Source of the DNA: Nemertoderma westbladi | Lineage: Eukaryota > Animalia > Xenacoelomorpha | Assembly (NCBI GenBank): GCA_032718475.1 | Contig: JAUCBJ010007168.1 | Span: 58,386-122,385 of the forward strand | Length of the DNA stretch: 64,000 nt | Direction: 5' to 3' | Part shown: piece by piece, positions 50,660 through 64,000 of the stretch | Layout: each line of letters begins with the position of its first letter | Position numbering within the stretch: position 1 is the stretch's first letter | Made by a program: the position numbers and the translations under genes | Notes under the pieces: model-generated | The model's database searches: none | Told to the model about the DNA's origin: nothing | The model's input: the letters and a program-made list of their open reading frames with translations, nothing else

Positions 50660-53600
50660 AGGCGGCAGGTCAACGATAAAGAAAACTTGCCACCTCCATA
50701 CAGCATAAAGGAGGTGCCACCTGTGGCTGCATAGACCCTCTTACCAGGGAAAATCTGTTCCTGCAACTAGAACCCCCTTCATTCTGGGATAAGGACGCCC
50801 TTGGTCCTGGATTAAGGATCCATATACTGGCTGCACGGGTATATGGCATGGCCAGGTAGATGGTTATCTACCAATGGTTGGTTAGGAGTAGAGTATTCTA
50901 ATGTCCACACTTTGAATGCACTTCACTGCGACCTGCTCCTGGCAGCAGGGTTACAGGGCATGGCTCATCAGATGAGCTGCACGCACAGCCAATGGTGGGT
51001 CATGTGCGTCAGAGTAGGTATGGGTGATGGGCCTCATATCTGACTCCATTGCGACACCCACCCTGTGGAATGGCAAACCAGGGTGTGGTATTTGCCCCGA
51101 GAGCTGAATCGGCAAAAAAGCATCCCCAACCCCCACTATGAATTTCATTAGTAATGCGGAGGTCCGGCCACTAGATGCCAGTGGAATTACCGGACACAAT
51201 TGGGCTAGAGTTCCGTATGTGCCAACATTTTCAGTTTGCCCTAAAATTTGTTTAGTTTACTAGCTACTACTTTTTAATGTTAGTGTGAAGTATTCTAGGC
51301 TATTTCGAATTATTTTTTTGTTAAATACTGTTCTAGAACATATAATTTTTTGTTCTAGAACATTTTTTAAAAATTGTATGTTTTGTTTTATTAACACTTT
51401 TTTGTATAATTAACATATATCTAGTAATTTTATGTACCGGTACTCAAGTAATAATTTACAATTTTAGCTAGTAATTTATATATATAGTCTATAGCTATAG
51501 CCTATAGTCTATAGCTATAGCCTATAGTCTAGGCCTAGTTATATCTATAGCTAGCCCTAGCTAACATTTTAAAAAATGTTCTGGAATGCTATCGTTATGG
51601 TTAGTTGTTCTGTATTCCAATTTTTTTTAATTAAACAATCATTTTAATAATTCTTTTTAAAAGAACAAATATTCTAGAATATTTTTTTTCTCGAAAATTG
51701 ATAATAAAAATGTTCTAGAACATTTGGTAAATGTTCTAGAACATTTAATAAATGTTCTCGATCTCTTGCCAATAGAAAAAAAAAGCAGGCAAAATAGCAT
51801 AAACAATTTTAAAAATTGTTTTCTTTTAAAGAGTAAGTAATTTATTTTCTCGAAAATTCATAATTAAAATGTTCTAGAACATTTTTTTAAAGTTCTAGAA
51901 CACTCAATATACTTTCTAGAACATTTATCAAGAGAAAAACCTGACAAAAGAGCATGACAATTTGTTGAAAAAAAAACAACGAAAATGTTGGCACATACGG
52001 AACTGTTCCCCACAATTGGCCTCACCTCACAGGCGTCAGTTATCTCCTAACCGGCTGTCTGTCTCACCCCCTAGTGGAGAGAGAGCGGCCAACAATTCTG
52101 TGAGTCGCATTCCTGACGACCTTTCTGGCCCAAACTCTGGGTCACGAGGGAGGCCAGATTGTGAGGGGGAGAGGGATTCTGGAGTTGGAGGCTACTCTCA
52201 TGTTCCACCCTGACCAACCAAGCCATTGGTGAATCTGAGGCAAGTCACTAGACTATCCTCAGTTAACACCCTAACACTCGGGTTCACAATGCGAAAAGGT
52301 GAGCTGACTGCCTTGGCAGATAAGCTTTCTCTTAGCGCAGTGGGTATTCAACAGCACCGAATGCAGACTGGATAGACTGATGTGGTTCTAATTAAGTACA
52401 TGGGAGGCGGTTTGCAACCCGCCCTGGCATCAGCAGATGATAGTGGCAATGGTGGAATTTGTCTATTGATGAATCCAACTGCACATGCAGCATTGGACAA
52501 AATAGACCAAATCTCCAACCGCATCATCCGTTGCCACTTCTCATGTTCAGGAAGACTGGCTAAGAAGTTTCCTAAGGTGGTTCTGATTGTGTGCGAGTAG
52601 CACACACCAACTAGTGTAGCCCCTGTAGAGGAGGTTGACAAGTTCTAAGATAATCTACAAGCAGCTACTGATGGAATGAATCAGCATGCATTCTTAACAT
52701 TCCTGGGAGACTTTAATACAAGTCTGCATCAATCACCTACATCTCCTTGGGTCAATACCGATAGTGTTAACCGAAATTCCGTCCATCTACAGGATTTTAT
52801 CTCTGGAAATGGATTGTTTACGGCTGGAACCCAGTTCAAGAAGCGAACTGGAAAGCTATGGACTCATAGTGGACCCAGTGGTCACAAGACCCAGATAGAC
52901 CATGTTCTGTTTCATAGAAAATACAGGAGCTCGATACCAGACTGTATTGCATTTACACTTCGACCCTTCGCCAATGATGATCGCCTTATTGTGGCCAAGG
53001 TAAGACTTAGTCTGCGTGCTAGCAGAACAACGAATTCTGCCTTGCCTCGGCATGACTGGTCCTCTCTGTTGCAACAGCCAATTGTGAGATCCAGCTTTAC
53101 ACTACAGCTGAGCAACAGGTATGAGGTTCTTGCCTCTGAGGCGGCAGATCACTGCGAGGACTATACTGCCTTCACAGAAGCAGTTAAGTGAGCAGCTGCA
53201 GAAACAGTTCCTGTATGATCTCGAAACCGGAAAAGGGCCCCTGGACTCACCACAAAATTCGGAAGTGCCGAAATGACCTCTATACGGCGCAGAAAGAGTC
53301 CCGACTTAAACAGGCTATAGCGGCCAATAATGCAGTTAAAAGGCTGCATCTAGGTCCCTGAACAGGCAGTACTGTAGTTAATCTACAGGAGCTAATAAAC
53401 CAACAGGTCGAGGCCATCAATGCTGCTGATGACAGCAGGCAACTTGATTACTGGGAGGTAAAGCCAACCAACCACCAAGGTTAAGGCAGAATCACCAGCC
53501 GATCGCCTCAATGGTTGGAAGGCCCACTTTGAAAAGCTCCTTAATAATGACAGGAAATTGCTTGATAACTTTATAGAAGTAAAAGTGTCTGAGTCTGTAC

Positions 53601-55110
53601 TCCCAGATATTCCCATTGGCGATATCTCCTTTGCAGAAGTGAAGGCTGGTGCAAAGAGCATTAAGACCAATCCTGCCAGTGGAGTAGATGGTGTTCCACC
53701 TGAGGTTTTTAAAATACCTGAGTGTTTAAAGCTCATCTATCCCATCATAGTAGACATGTACAGAACAACAAGAGTCCCACAAAAAATGAAAACAAATAAG
53801 TTGGTGCCAGTTCCCAAGAAGTGCAACCTAACACTCTGGTTCTTTTCGGGGAATCTCATTGATCTCGATTGCTACAAAGCTATACAATAGAATTCTATTA
53901 AATCGCATCAGGGATCCAATTGAGAGACTGCTCCGTGGAAATCAGAATGGGTTCCGTAAAGGTCGTCGGACCTTTTAGCCCATTTTGGCACTTAGAAGGA
54001 TAGTTGAAGAGTTATCATAAAAGAAAGACAGGCATATGGCTGTTATCTTTGTTGACTTCTTCGGAAGTCAACAAAGTTTGATTCAGTCTCTCGCTCACGT
54101 ATGTTCAGCATAGGCCTACTTTCATTAAATGGGATTCCTGATGAAATTATTGCAGCAATCAGATCAGTATACGATGGTTCGACAACATTTGTGTCTACTG
54201 TTGATGGTGATACAGAACCATTTGAAGTATTATGGGGAGTCCTTCAAGGAGACACACTTGTGCCATTCTTGTTCATAATTGTGGTTGACTATGTTCTACG
54301 CATGTCCTTAGATCATCATAATGATGATGGGTTGATGGAAACTCCACCTACTGGCTCCAGAAGTCGAGGAAAACCTGCCAAGTACCTAACTAATCTAGAC
54401 TTTGCTGATAACTTAGGAGTACTCTCAGAATCACGAGAGGGAGCCCAACGGCTCCTCAGCTCATTAGAACAGGCTGCTTCTAGTGTTGGTATTTTTATTA
54501 ACTCCAAAAATACCAAAATTTTACAGTTAACTTTGAAAGTCCTCAGCAATTCTCTGACCGGATGAGCATAAGCTCAAATGATGGTATGCTTGAGCAAGTG
54601 GTCGACTTGTGAGGACCTTCGAATAAGTAGGGAAAGGCCTGGGCATCCTTGAACGGGCTTTCCAGAATTTGGAAGTCACATAGAATTCATCGGAAACTTG
54701 AGGTCCGATTACTTAGAGCAGCAGTAGTTCCAGTAATACTCTATGGGAATCCATGCTGGGACCAGATCTCTGGATGGCACATTCACAAGAATGCTACACA
54801 GGGTTTTCTGTGTCAAGTACAATGCACTCATCACCAACCAGACACTATATAACATTGTTTACATTATTATAACATTTGCTTTGGCGGCCTCATGGAGTGA
54901 ATAAGCATACGTGACACCCCATGACTTTCTTGAGACGCATCTTAAAGGACACTAGCCTTGAAGATGCGGATGATATAGCAAATATCACGGGTGATAGTGA
55001 GTTGTGGCGGCGCAATTTTGTCAACAAGCCGGCACAGCATTATAATATCTATGTGATATATATATAATGCAGCTGCAATGCAGCATGCCGATCGTAATAG
55101 TAATATATAG
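50660..55110 (+). mobile_element. Near full-length degenerate RTE-clade LINE (APE endonuclease + RT); 5' boundary approximate
   Basis: APE: VGIQQHR, ISNRII, LGDFN, KTQIDHVL. RT: GVDGVPPEVFK, NQNGFRKGR, GVLQGDTLVPFLFIIVVDYVLR, LDFADNL. Many stops and frameshifts. Confidence 0.9.
51203..52010. mobile_element. Merlin-like MITE (808 bp) inserted in the RTE 5' region
   Basis: TSD CACAATTG at 51195-51202 and 52011-52018; TIR GGCTAGAGTTCCGTATGTGCCAACATTTTC / GAAAATGTTGGCACATACGGAACTGTTCCC; GG..CC ends. Confidence 0.88.
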
Positions 55111-55834
55111 TAGATCGTAATAGCTTCAAGAATCAAAACGTTAAAATTAAATAGCTGCAAGCAACCGAAGCAAAATATTATAATGTAAGTCATGGGTTAC
55201 AGTTATATAATAAAGAAACTGAAGAGTAAACATCTACAATTTGAACAGTTAATTATTTTTCTATTAACGGGGGTGTGAGTGAATAGTAATATATGATGGA
55301 ACATAATTTTTCTGTAGTTGAAGAAGAACACCCGAAGAAGGCCTACCATAATTTAACTTTCTATGAATAACAATATGATGGAACATAATTTAACTTTAGG
55401 TGTACAACAACTTTTGATTTGACGAACCTATCAGATATGGGAGATCACGACAGCCGGTTTACTGATGCATATGATTTAATAGATTTAGCATTACGTGAAT
55501 CCACCACAGGGACTGCAGGTCAAGTTACTCCCCATACTAGAAGTAGTTTGATTCAAGGTACATCGAATGATCAAGCGAATCTGCCTTCAAGTCAACATCA
55601 ACATAGAGCTAGTGTGAGTCGTTCAATGATATATCAACAGAGTGGTACAGAGGGTCATTTTCTTCCATCTCAACATCAACAGAGAACTAATGTTAGTGAG
55701 AGTGCTACTTGGAGTGATGTGCCTAGTTCGATTCACAGTCAAATATTACCTAATCCTTGTGGTGAAAGATTTCTAACAAACCAACCGACATTGAGATCTG
55801 ATCCTGTGAGTTCTATTCTTAGACTATAATATAA

Positions 55835-57055
55835 GTGGCGGTGCATAAAATCGAAATTGAGTTTTTGGATTTGGAATTTGGTATATAATTTTTTGCTCTT
55901 TCAGATGGTTTATTTTTGTAATGTATTTCGATTTTTTAGATGTGACTAAAATTTGAAATAAACAGGTGCGGTTTGTGTGAAATATCAGTTTTCATGGTGT
56001 CAAACAAAAAAACGACATATTTTGCAGATACGATATTCGATCACTATATTCGATCACATATGGGGTTTTTTGAGGTGCTGCTTACAATGTAACCTGTTTT
56101 AGGGTTACCCAGATGTGTGAAATTGAACTTTTTGGCACCCAATATGGTGCACGAAATGTGCTGGTAGCCATAAAATTTCATTTCTCAAAAGCAGTAGATC
56201 GTCAAAATTTAATCTAGATTGGTTTTTTTTGGGACGCTGATTCGAATGGGACATGTTTTAGGGTTACCCAGATGTGAGAAATTACACTTTTTGGCACCCA
56301 ATATTGTGCGCGAAAAGTGCTGACAGCCATAAAATGACCAACTCTATTTCTGTGTCTGTATGTATGTCTATGTATGTCTGTCTGTCAAAAAATAAGGAAG
56401 CATATGTAATAAAAACACACGCCATGGGGGTTTTCCAGGTCTTTGAGTTCATTTCTGATGTCAGTTTTTACGACTGACCAACTCAAGGATGTCTGTGTGT
56501 GTATGTCTGTTTGTTTGTCTGTCAGTCTGTCTGTCATATAATAAGGAAGCCGAATATGTAATTAAAACATTCGCCTGCTCGACTCACGACACACTGTGAC
56601 TGTATGTATAAAATACTTCCATATTTTTTAACAGTCTGACTGACAGACAAACAGACATACATACAGACACAAACATTCTAGAGTTGGTCAGTCGTAAAAA
56701 CTGACATCAGAATTAAAATCAGAGACCTGGAAAACCCCCATGGCAAATGTTTTTATTACATAATATGCTTCCTTTTTTTTTGAAAGACAGACAAACAGAC
56801 ATACATACAGACACAGCCAGCCTAGGTTTGGTCGGTCGTAAAAACTGTCATCAAAAATGAAATCAGAGACCTGGAAAACCCCCATGGCAAATGTTTTTAA
56901 TATATAATATGCTTCCTTATTTTTTGACAGACAGACTGACAGACAAACAGTTTTCGGGGAACACATAAAATATTGAATTAGGCGCGAAAGGGTTAAATGC
57001 GTTTTTCTCAGAAACATGGTTTCTGCGAATAACGCCTTTCTATATGCACCGCCAC
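55835..57055. mobile_element. TIR element with internal direct and inverted (GTCT)n-containing repeats
   Basis: GTGGCGGTGCATA / TATGCACCGCCAC termini; direct repeat ~56095/56255; inverted blocks 56350-56575 vs 56634-56950; no clear TSD. Confidence 0.6.
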
Positions 57056-58241
57056 ATGATCAGATTTTGAATCCACAAAATAATAACAATAAACCTGATA
57101 GAGTCTATAAGATGCATTATTCATTGTCGAATAATTCCAGTTTACTAACCCTCACTACTCAGGCTAGGGGCTAATACCTCCTATACCTACTACCAAATAG
57201 AAAAGTCTCATATAATTATTTAGAGCAGCAGTAAAACCAGCACACCCATATGAGAGTCCATGATGGGCTCTAACTGCTGAGCACACAAAAACTCGGCTGT
57301 GTACCATCTTGTGCTTTGGTAGTCTGGTAGGAGAGAATAAGCGGACAGCTCATGACTTTCTTGATGCGCCTTCTGATGCTTGATGCTTCTTTTCTTTCTT
57401 GAGGCTAAGGCATTGTCCAACCAGAATCACATTATTAATTAAGAAGTTAGGAATATTGTAACAGCACCAAGAATTATTTTGTAAATTTGGATAAAATTCC
57501 CTTTGACAAAATCTTATTTGCAAAAAATCTAAAAATCGCACAAAAAAATAAATGACACTACGAGATTCACCAGTAATTTTAGGAAAAGTCAATAAATTTC
57601 AAGTGCATAGTCCTTAAATACATTCTCAAATTCACAGCATTTTAAAATAGACCCAGGTTGGATAACCATGGACATGAAGTCTAAGCAATTATTGCAAGCT
57701 GTATTCCAGGTGTAGCATGTCGATTGTGAATTGCTTGGTGGCAGCACACTTTTATTGTGAAGTCAGCATAGCAAGAGTGCAACTGAGAAGCAGCTTGCCA
57801 ATTATAGCAGTAGAAGTAGTACCGGTAGTCAATATCACAGCTGTTATCTTTCAGACACATTCTCTCATCCAGGTCTAGTTTTTCAACATGGGTCATCCGT
57901 GCCGGATTAATCCTCGGGTGGGGCCCTAAGGCACATTTTAGTAATTTCCATAAATGGCCCGAAAATTGATATTTTTCCACAAACCCTTTCAAAAGAAAAA
58001 GCTGCTAAAAACAACAGAAATGGTGAAAATGTTACGAAGGAAATATAAATTATTTTCGCTGGATGAATGCATGCAAATAAGTACTAAGTACTTTAATAAT
58101 AAGTACTTTGCAAAAATAGTTTTCATCAAGAATTGTAATATTACTAAAGTGCATATTATGCCTATAAAACCTTATAAAAACCTTAAAAAAAGTGTAATGG
58201 TTTTGGTAGAATTTCTCAAACTTTAATTTTTAATATATTAA

Positions 58242-59026
58242 GGGCAGCATTACCCCAAATCTATTTTTTTATTTATAAAGCTAGTGTTCTAAAACTTTAG
58301 CACAATGATCTGTGATCTTTTATATCTTATGAAAACTGAGTATAGATAGCTTCATAAACCGTTGGATCGAAAAATGGCACTTTTGTGCAGGTCGGTTTTT
58401 TCAAAAATTTTATAAATTTTGCGGCATTTATATGTAAATTAGCTCATGTTTAACGATCTGTAATACCACCTGGATTGAAGTTCTTGGTCCAAGACTTTGG
58501 CAAAATGGACCCAGATATGTAGGCTATTTTCTATGTAAATTTTACCACAAAATTATTGTTTATGAAAAATTTATGGGGGTTAGGTTTTTTATGTAATTCC
58601 GGGCTATATTTTTGGAATCAAATATTTTGTGATAGACGAAGGGTATCAGTTACAAAATTGGTTCTAGAAGGTCCAATGACCATGTTTTACAAAACCAATA
58701 CTCAGGATCGTAGCCATAAAGCTGCTGAAAATTTTGGTACTGTATAAATGTTCGATGCCAATTGGGTAAAAAATAAAAAAGTAGTAGGGAATTTAGTGAT
58801 GGAAAATATGTCAGAATCGACAAACTGATAAAAAGGTTCATTTATACAGAGAAATGAATAACAGCAATAAATTATGTTGTTGAAAAGATCAGTTTTGTGG
58901 TGCAAAATAATTCAACATTGAAAAACCGATATCACCACCACAGTAATGAAAGCCCTTCTATCAAACTACAGAAAATTTGTAAATTTTCTAAAATTCCACT
59001 TCTTTTGGGGGTAATGATCGGTCCCC
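58242..59026. mobile_element. Kolobok-like MITE (785 bp)
   Basis: TTAA at 58238-58241 and 59027-59030; GG..CC ends; imperfect TIR ggg..cattaccccaaa / tttgggggtaatg..cccc. Confidence 0.7.
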
Positions 59027-59280
59027 TTAAGGCTGGCAGACCCCTGTAGGCCTTGGGCCTCTGGCCTTTTATCTTTCAGACACCATCCAGGTCTTGTTTT
59101 TCAATATGGTTTATACTTTGTAACTCAAAGTTGTCTTCCTGTAAACTTCCAAACTGCTCCATACAACCCTAATCCAATTCCTTTATGTGACGAGCTACAA
59201 AGTGAGAGAGATTTAGTATAGTGCAATAACTAACATTAGTGAACCTTTTGTTGTTTCTGTTGAACAAATTGTAATTCTAA

Positions 59281-59534
59281 TAAATAAAGCAAGCAAGCAA
59301 ACAGTTGGGTGAAGCCGCCGGAGACGACTCGAAGGCTCCTCCTCCAATAGCTGCTGTGGGCTCTACTCCTATCGCAAGTAATACTTCCAGTACTTTACTG
59401 CAACTACAAGTAGTCCTCATTCTATCAAACCCAGGGGATGAATGGCTGAGTAGAACCTGTGGGGGGGGGGGGGCTTGAACCTATACAACCAATTGATTAC
59501 AGGTTCGGCATTCAACCAACTGAGCTACCCCACC
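59281..59534 (-). mobile_element. tRNA-derived SINE with Nin/Deu-like central core and (TTGC)n tail
   Basis: A box TAGCTCAGTTGG, B box GGTTCAAGCC, then actcagccattcatcccctgggtttgatagaatgag (resembles the conserved core as I recall it) and tttgcttgcttgcttt. Confidence 0.75.
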
Positions 59535-61715
59535 TTTAAACAAAAAATTAAGTAAAATATACAAAGGGTTATATTATTTCCTGAATATTAGAAATATATC
59601 TAACAGCTTTGTATATAGCCAATTATTTAAAAATTAAATGGCCTTCAATTTCTTCGCACAGAACTAAACGATTTCAAAACGAAGGCAAAACGCACTTCTT
59701 CATCTTAGCCTTTCCACCGTAGTAACTCAATACCGACCACGCGGCTTTAAACTTTATTAATAATTTTATTATTATTAGGCAAGGCGCTTTAGAAATATTT
59801 GCTTTATTATAACCTTATTATATTATTATGCCTATCTCTGCTGTTTTACGACGAAATTCAGATTGTGATATTTGGAATCCTTGCATGGCCAGCTTTCCGT
59901 CAATATCAACAAATCACTATAAGGTTGAAGAATAACTGCGCTGTAACTGGCGCAATACCGACGGAGACATTTTTTTAAACGCTTGTAGCTAAAGAATGAA
60001 AGCGAAAATAAAAATTCTGGCTCACCCAGTCAGTGGTCGGGAGGTGGAACTATCTCTGTTTCAAATTTCATGCAATCTCATTAAGATTTGTAGAAAAATT
60101 TGGGGGGGGGGGGGGCATGTACCTGAATAACGACACTATATTCCAGGGCATGGTGTAGATACGTAGTTTTTAAATCAGTTTAACGTATTGTAATCATCAT
60201 TTTTTAAATATTAAAAATCAAAGTTGGTTATTAATACTTATTAATTATTTTCATATTTTCTTATAGAGGCTATTTGGCCTTCCATACAGTGGTTGGCCAT
60301 GACAAAATACCAATATTATCATTTAACACCAATTGACAGTCATTTTAAAAAAAGGTTCATGGGGGTATACCCCCCCCCCCCCCCCCCCCCCCCCTTAATC
60401 TAAAGTCACAGAAGTGTTTACATTGGTTGTTGAGTATATGGAGTTATGAATGTGATTAATAGTCAATGCTGCTTGTCCATATTAATGCACCCCTTGCAAC
60501 TATATAAGTGGTATAACTATTGTTGACATAATAGTATAACATTTTTTTAATTGTTGTAAGTCACTTTATTTGTCAAATTAGTCAACAAGAACACATTTTT
60601 TGTCAACAACAAGTGTAATGCTTGAATTTAAGTTCAAAGAAATTTCCATGACGTTTATAATAAATATTGCATTTAAATAGATAGCGCTGATGGTAACCAC
60701 ACAGGTTATTTAATAATATTCTAGAATATTTTAATATCATACTAGTGCCTATATTACCTATTTAGCTATTTCTCTTTATAAACCGGAATTTCACTATGGA
60801 AGAAGCTTCGATGGAAGAAACGGAAGCTTCGGTGGAAGAAGTTTTTTTTTTCAAAGAGTGACTTTCAACAAACAAAACGACGGAAGCATTGGCAAAAAGT
60901 AACATTTTTTGTCTTGCTTTTTTATTTGTCTCGATAAGCTAGTCAAATAATAACCCTCGACAAAAAAAAGTCAAATTTTTTTGCCACCAAGTAAATAATT
61001 ATTCTGGTACTTGTGTGTATTTTTTAATTGCAGTAAAAGCTTAGGGATAATGAGCCTGTTTCAAAAGCCGATTTGGTAACGTTGGAAAATTCGCAACTTT
61101 GGACAGCACTAGCTCAAGCAGATGTGACTTAAATCAAACAAAGTTTGTGCTAGGAATAATACTGTAGCTAGGAATAATATGCTAGAATAATTAGTTCAAC
61201 TAGGCTGACCTATTGTGTATATCTTCTTTTTTATAAGAGCCATGTTTATATGAGCACAATTAATTGTCGCTTTTGTTCTTCACGGTAACGCTTTTGTTTT
61301 TCAGCGTTTGTTAACGCCATACTGTATTAATACCGGTAGCTGAAGTGTAGGCCTACAGTGTGTACCTATGGGAAGTATGAAGTACAGAAGGGCAGTGATT
61401 TTTTATGTCATTTTATTTGACTTTTTTTGTCATCTTTTTTTTACGAATTATGCATAATGACTTTTGTTGTCCATTTAATGACTTTTATTGTCATTTTAAT
61501 GACTTTTTATGTATGTATTTCTTCAAACTGTCAGACTGGTGATTTCTGGACTGTCAGATCGTTGATTTCACTATGCCTGTGCCAAAACATTCCATGATTC
61601 CATGATTTATAGACTATGAGATAGAATTCCATATGCGCCTGTGGTAAAAAGACTCTATATTTAATAGTTTGTGGTTGTTGTCGATAATCGATTACCACAT
61701 GACGTAGCAAAACAC

Positions 61716-62329
61716 TCATTTTATAGCCAAAAACAATTACCAATTGATGGAAAGGAGCAGGTTAAGGCCGAGTTTTCTAACCAAAACAATAAACAGTCAC
61801 TTTACCAAATCAGGGAAAGGAGCAGGTTACAGAGACGGGATTTTCTAACCAAAACAATAAACGATCACTTAACTAATTGAGGGAAAGGAGCAGGTTACAG
61901 AGGCGGGATTTTCTAACCAAAACAAAAAACGATCACTTAACTTATTGAGGGAAAGGAGCAGGTTACAGAGGCGGGATTTTCTAACCAAAACAATAAACGA
62001 TCATTTAACAAATTGACGGAAAGGAGCAGGTTACAGAGACGGGATTTTCTAACCAAAACAATAAACGATAACATTACCAATTGAGAGAAAGGAGCAGGTT
62101 ACAGAGACGGGATTTTCTAACCAAAACAATAAACGATAACATTACCAATTGAGAGAAAGGAGCAGGTTACAGAGGCGGGATTTTCTAACCAAAACAATAA
62201 ACGATAACATTACCAATTGAGGGAAAGGAGCAGGTTACAGAGGCGGGATTATCTAACCAAAACAATAAACGATCATTTAGCTAATTGAGGGAAAGGGGCA
62301 GATTACAGAGGCGGGATTTTCTAACCAAA
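61716..62329. repeat. 68-bp minisatellite x~9
   Basis: ggaaaggagcaggttacagag at 61882, 61950, 62018 etc. Confidence 0.95.
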
Positions 62330-62580
62330 CTGTCAACGTCTGAGAATGTACGAATCCGTATATACCCTTTATTGGACGAACCTCTTGGCCGTCCGATCCT
62401 TTGGGCTAAAAACGGGTCGTTGTTTTCGCTATCATTGTGACTACCGGTATCAAACGGTAACGGGGTATAACATGTATAAGTAGTTTTTTCGAGTACGGAT
62501 GAGTTTATGAACTGATCTGTGCTGTTGGAAGTAGTGGTGCCGCTATCCGTAACACTACTCAGACAGTAGTCATGATCCAT
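62281..62580 (-). other. Short ORF with DHDY (HCF-binding-type) motif and AT-hook, running into the 68-bp array
   Basis: MDHDY...RIGRPRGS; the C-terminal ~16 aa derive from the repeat. Confidence 0.35.
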
Positions 62581-62911
62581 TATTGATTATAAAAATATTA
62601 CAGTAATAGGCCTAAATTATGTGAAAGATATTATTCTCCTATCAATTATTTAAAATTTATTAACACAACCGGTAGGCCAGTAGGCCTACCATTACCGTAT
62701 TTAAATGGTAGGCTACACAGTAGGCCTATAGCAGTACCAGTGCCGGTACCGGTACTAAAATACAGAATAACATTAGACTTTTGGATGACATAAAAAATAA
62801 AAAAAAAATGACAAAAAAAGGATAAAAACGGACAATAAAAATTATTGCGGTACAGAAGTAGGCGAATCAATAAAACCTCTACCGGTAAAGTTATTTTAAC
62901 CAAAGACATGG

Positions 62912-64000
62912 TGTTCGCGCTTTTGAAGACCTTTAGCAGTTTAACCTGCCAAAATTTATATGTCTTTTAGTTAATTAAAACACCTTTAGCATACGACAAT
63001 ATTTTATGCTAATAAACAAAACATTAACCGAAGCCAGCCCATGCGCGATCATTCACCCGATGGATCTACACCCGGGAGGCTGAATTCGGCTGCTTAAATT
63101 TTATTATTGCAGTGTAAGGTTGCAGTGTAAACCTACTGTATTATTCGATTGATCGTTAATAATTAATTTCTGACAGATATTATTGGCTTTCGGGAAATAT
63201 TAACAGTTCCTTTAGGACGTGGCGCTCTATCTATTTAAACAAAACTAGGACTTATACTAAACGCAACGATACTGCTTATGATTAAAGTATAAGGCGCATT
63301 CTTTAGGAAATGCTTTGTTACCAATCACAATCATGCACACTATTCTGCCGACCGTCAGTAAATTTGATCACACATAAAGAGAGCAGCAATTGACTCATGT
63401 AGGGTCTGCTAAATAACATTAGATTCAATACACATCACATTGATATAAATCGCAATTGTTATATATAGCCTGTCTCTCTAACCTGTAGTGTATCAAGAAA
63501 ATTGGGAATTTTGGGTGATTTATCCGTATTCTCCAAAGGGCAATAATTCATCAACAAATAGATACAATTAATAACTGACGGTAAATAACAGTACAAACAA
63601 TATAATTAATAAGTAAAGTTCGGAAGAATAATATGATTACCAGTGAGTTAGTTAGATAGGTCGGATAACAGTTATACTTTCGATAATTTAAGCAGTTTTA
63701 CTAGAGTTCTTCCCAAAAGCCGGTGTTATGGCGAAAAATGGGAACACAACAACAGAATCATATAAAGAATCATATGACTACATAACTATACGAGGATACC
63801 AACTACCCTTATTCCCCGAAGCTCCCGTCCAACACAGAGGATGAGCATACAGATTAGGAAATTCAGTTCAGTAGCTCTGGGATAGGTCAAAATCAACGCC
63901 CACTCAAATTCTATTGGCCGATACGGACAGCAGGGCTGAGGCAACCTCCCTAAGCTGGTTGGCCGATCGAACAGAACCCAGATACCTTCGTACAGCCCAT
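62912..64000 (-). mobile_element. Diverged LTR of the element 2 family (solo or 3' LTR; runs off the window)
   Basis: tgttcgcgcttttgaagacctttagcagtttaacc, ccgaagccagcc.atgcgcga, ttcgggaaatattaacagttcctttaggacgtggcgctct and other blocks collinear with 37932-38930. Confidence 0.9.

Noticed and set aside
55419-55829. 136-aa Ser/Gln-rich ORF as a host gene
   Set aside because: Low complexity, no domain, flanked by TEs; cannot be supported without transcripts.
57220-57992. Degraded gene on the minus strand
   Set aside because: Short ORFs with many stops and no identifiable family motif.

Overview
AT-rich invertebrate animal genomic DNA, almost entirely transposon-derived; nothing prokaryotic and no CRISPR. 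Two divergent minus-strand BEL/Pao LTR retrotransposons dominate. Element 1 (<1 to ~14.3 kb) has an otherwise intact ~2,941-aa gag-pol split only by a TTAA piggyBac-type MITE. Element 2 (23658-39178, TSD GCCAA) is decayed and has lost most of its 3' LTR. A third, diverged LTR of the element-2 family starts at 62912. Main discovery: both elements carry a homologous extra ORF downstream of pol, in the env position (555->1, missed by the ORF track, and ~24917->23693). It is not env-like and has a conserved helical block plus a C-x2-C...C-x2-H motif. Element 2 also lacks a tRNA primer-binding site. Instead it has an 11-nt site perfectly complementary to a conserved 11-mer inside its own LTR, the geometry of Tf1-type self-priming. 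Also present: IS3EU-, Merlin-, Kolobok- and Helentron-like non-autonomous elements, RTE and other LINE relics, a gypsy fragment, a tRNA-derived SINE, several minisatellites, a diverged local duplication preserving empty insertion sites, a disrupted type-II-membrane fibrinogen-domain gene and a candidate two-exon secreted pre-pro-peptide gene. All alignments were done by eye; no database searches were run.
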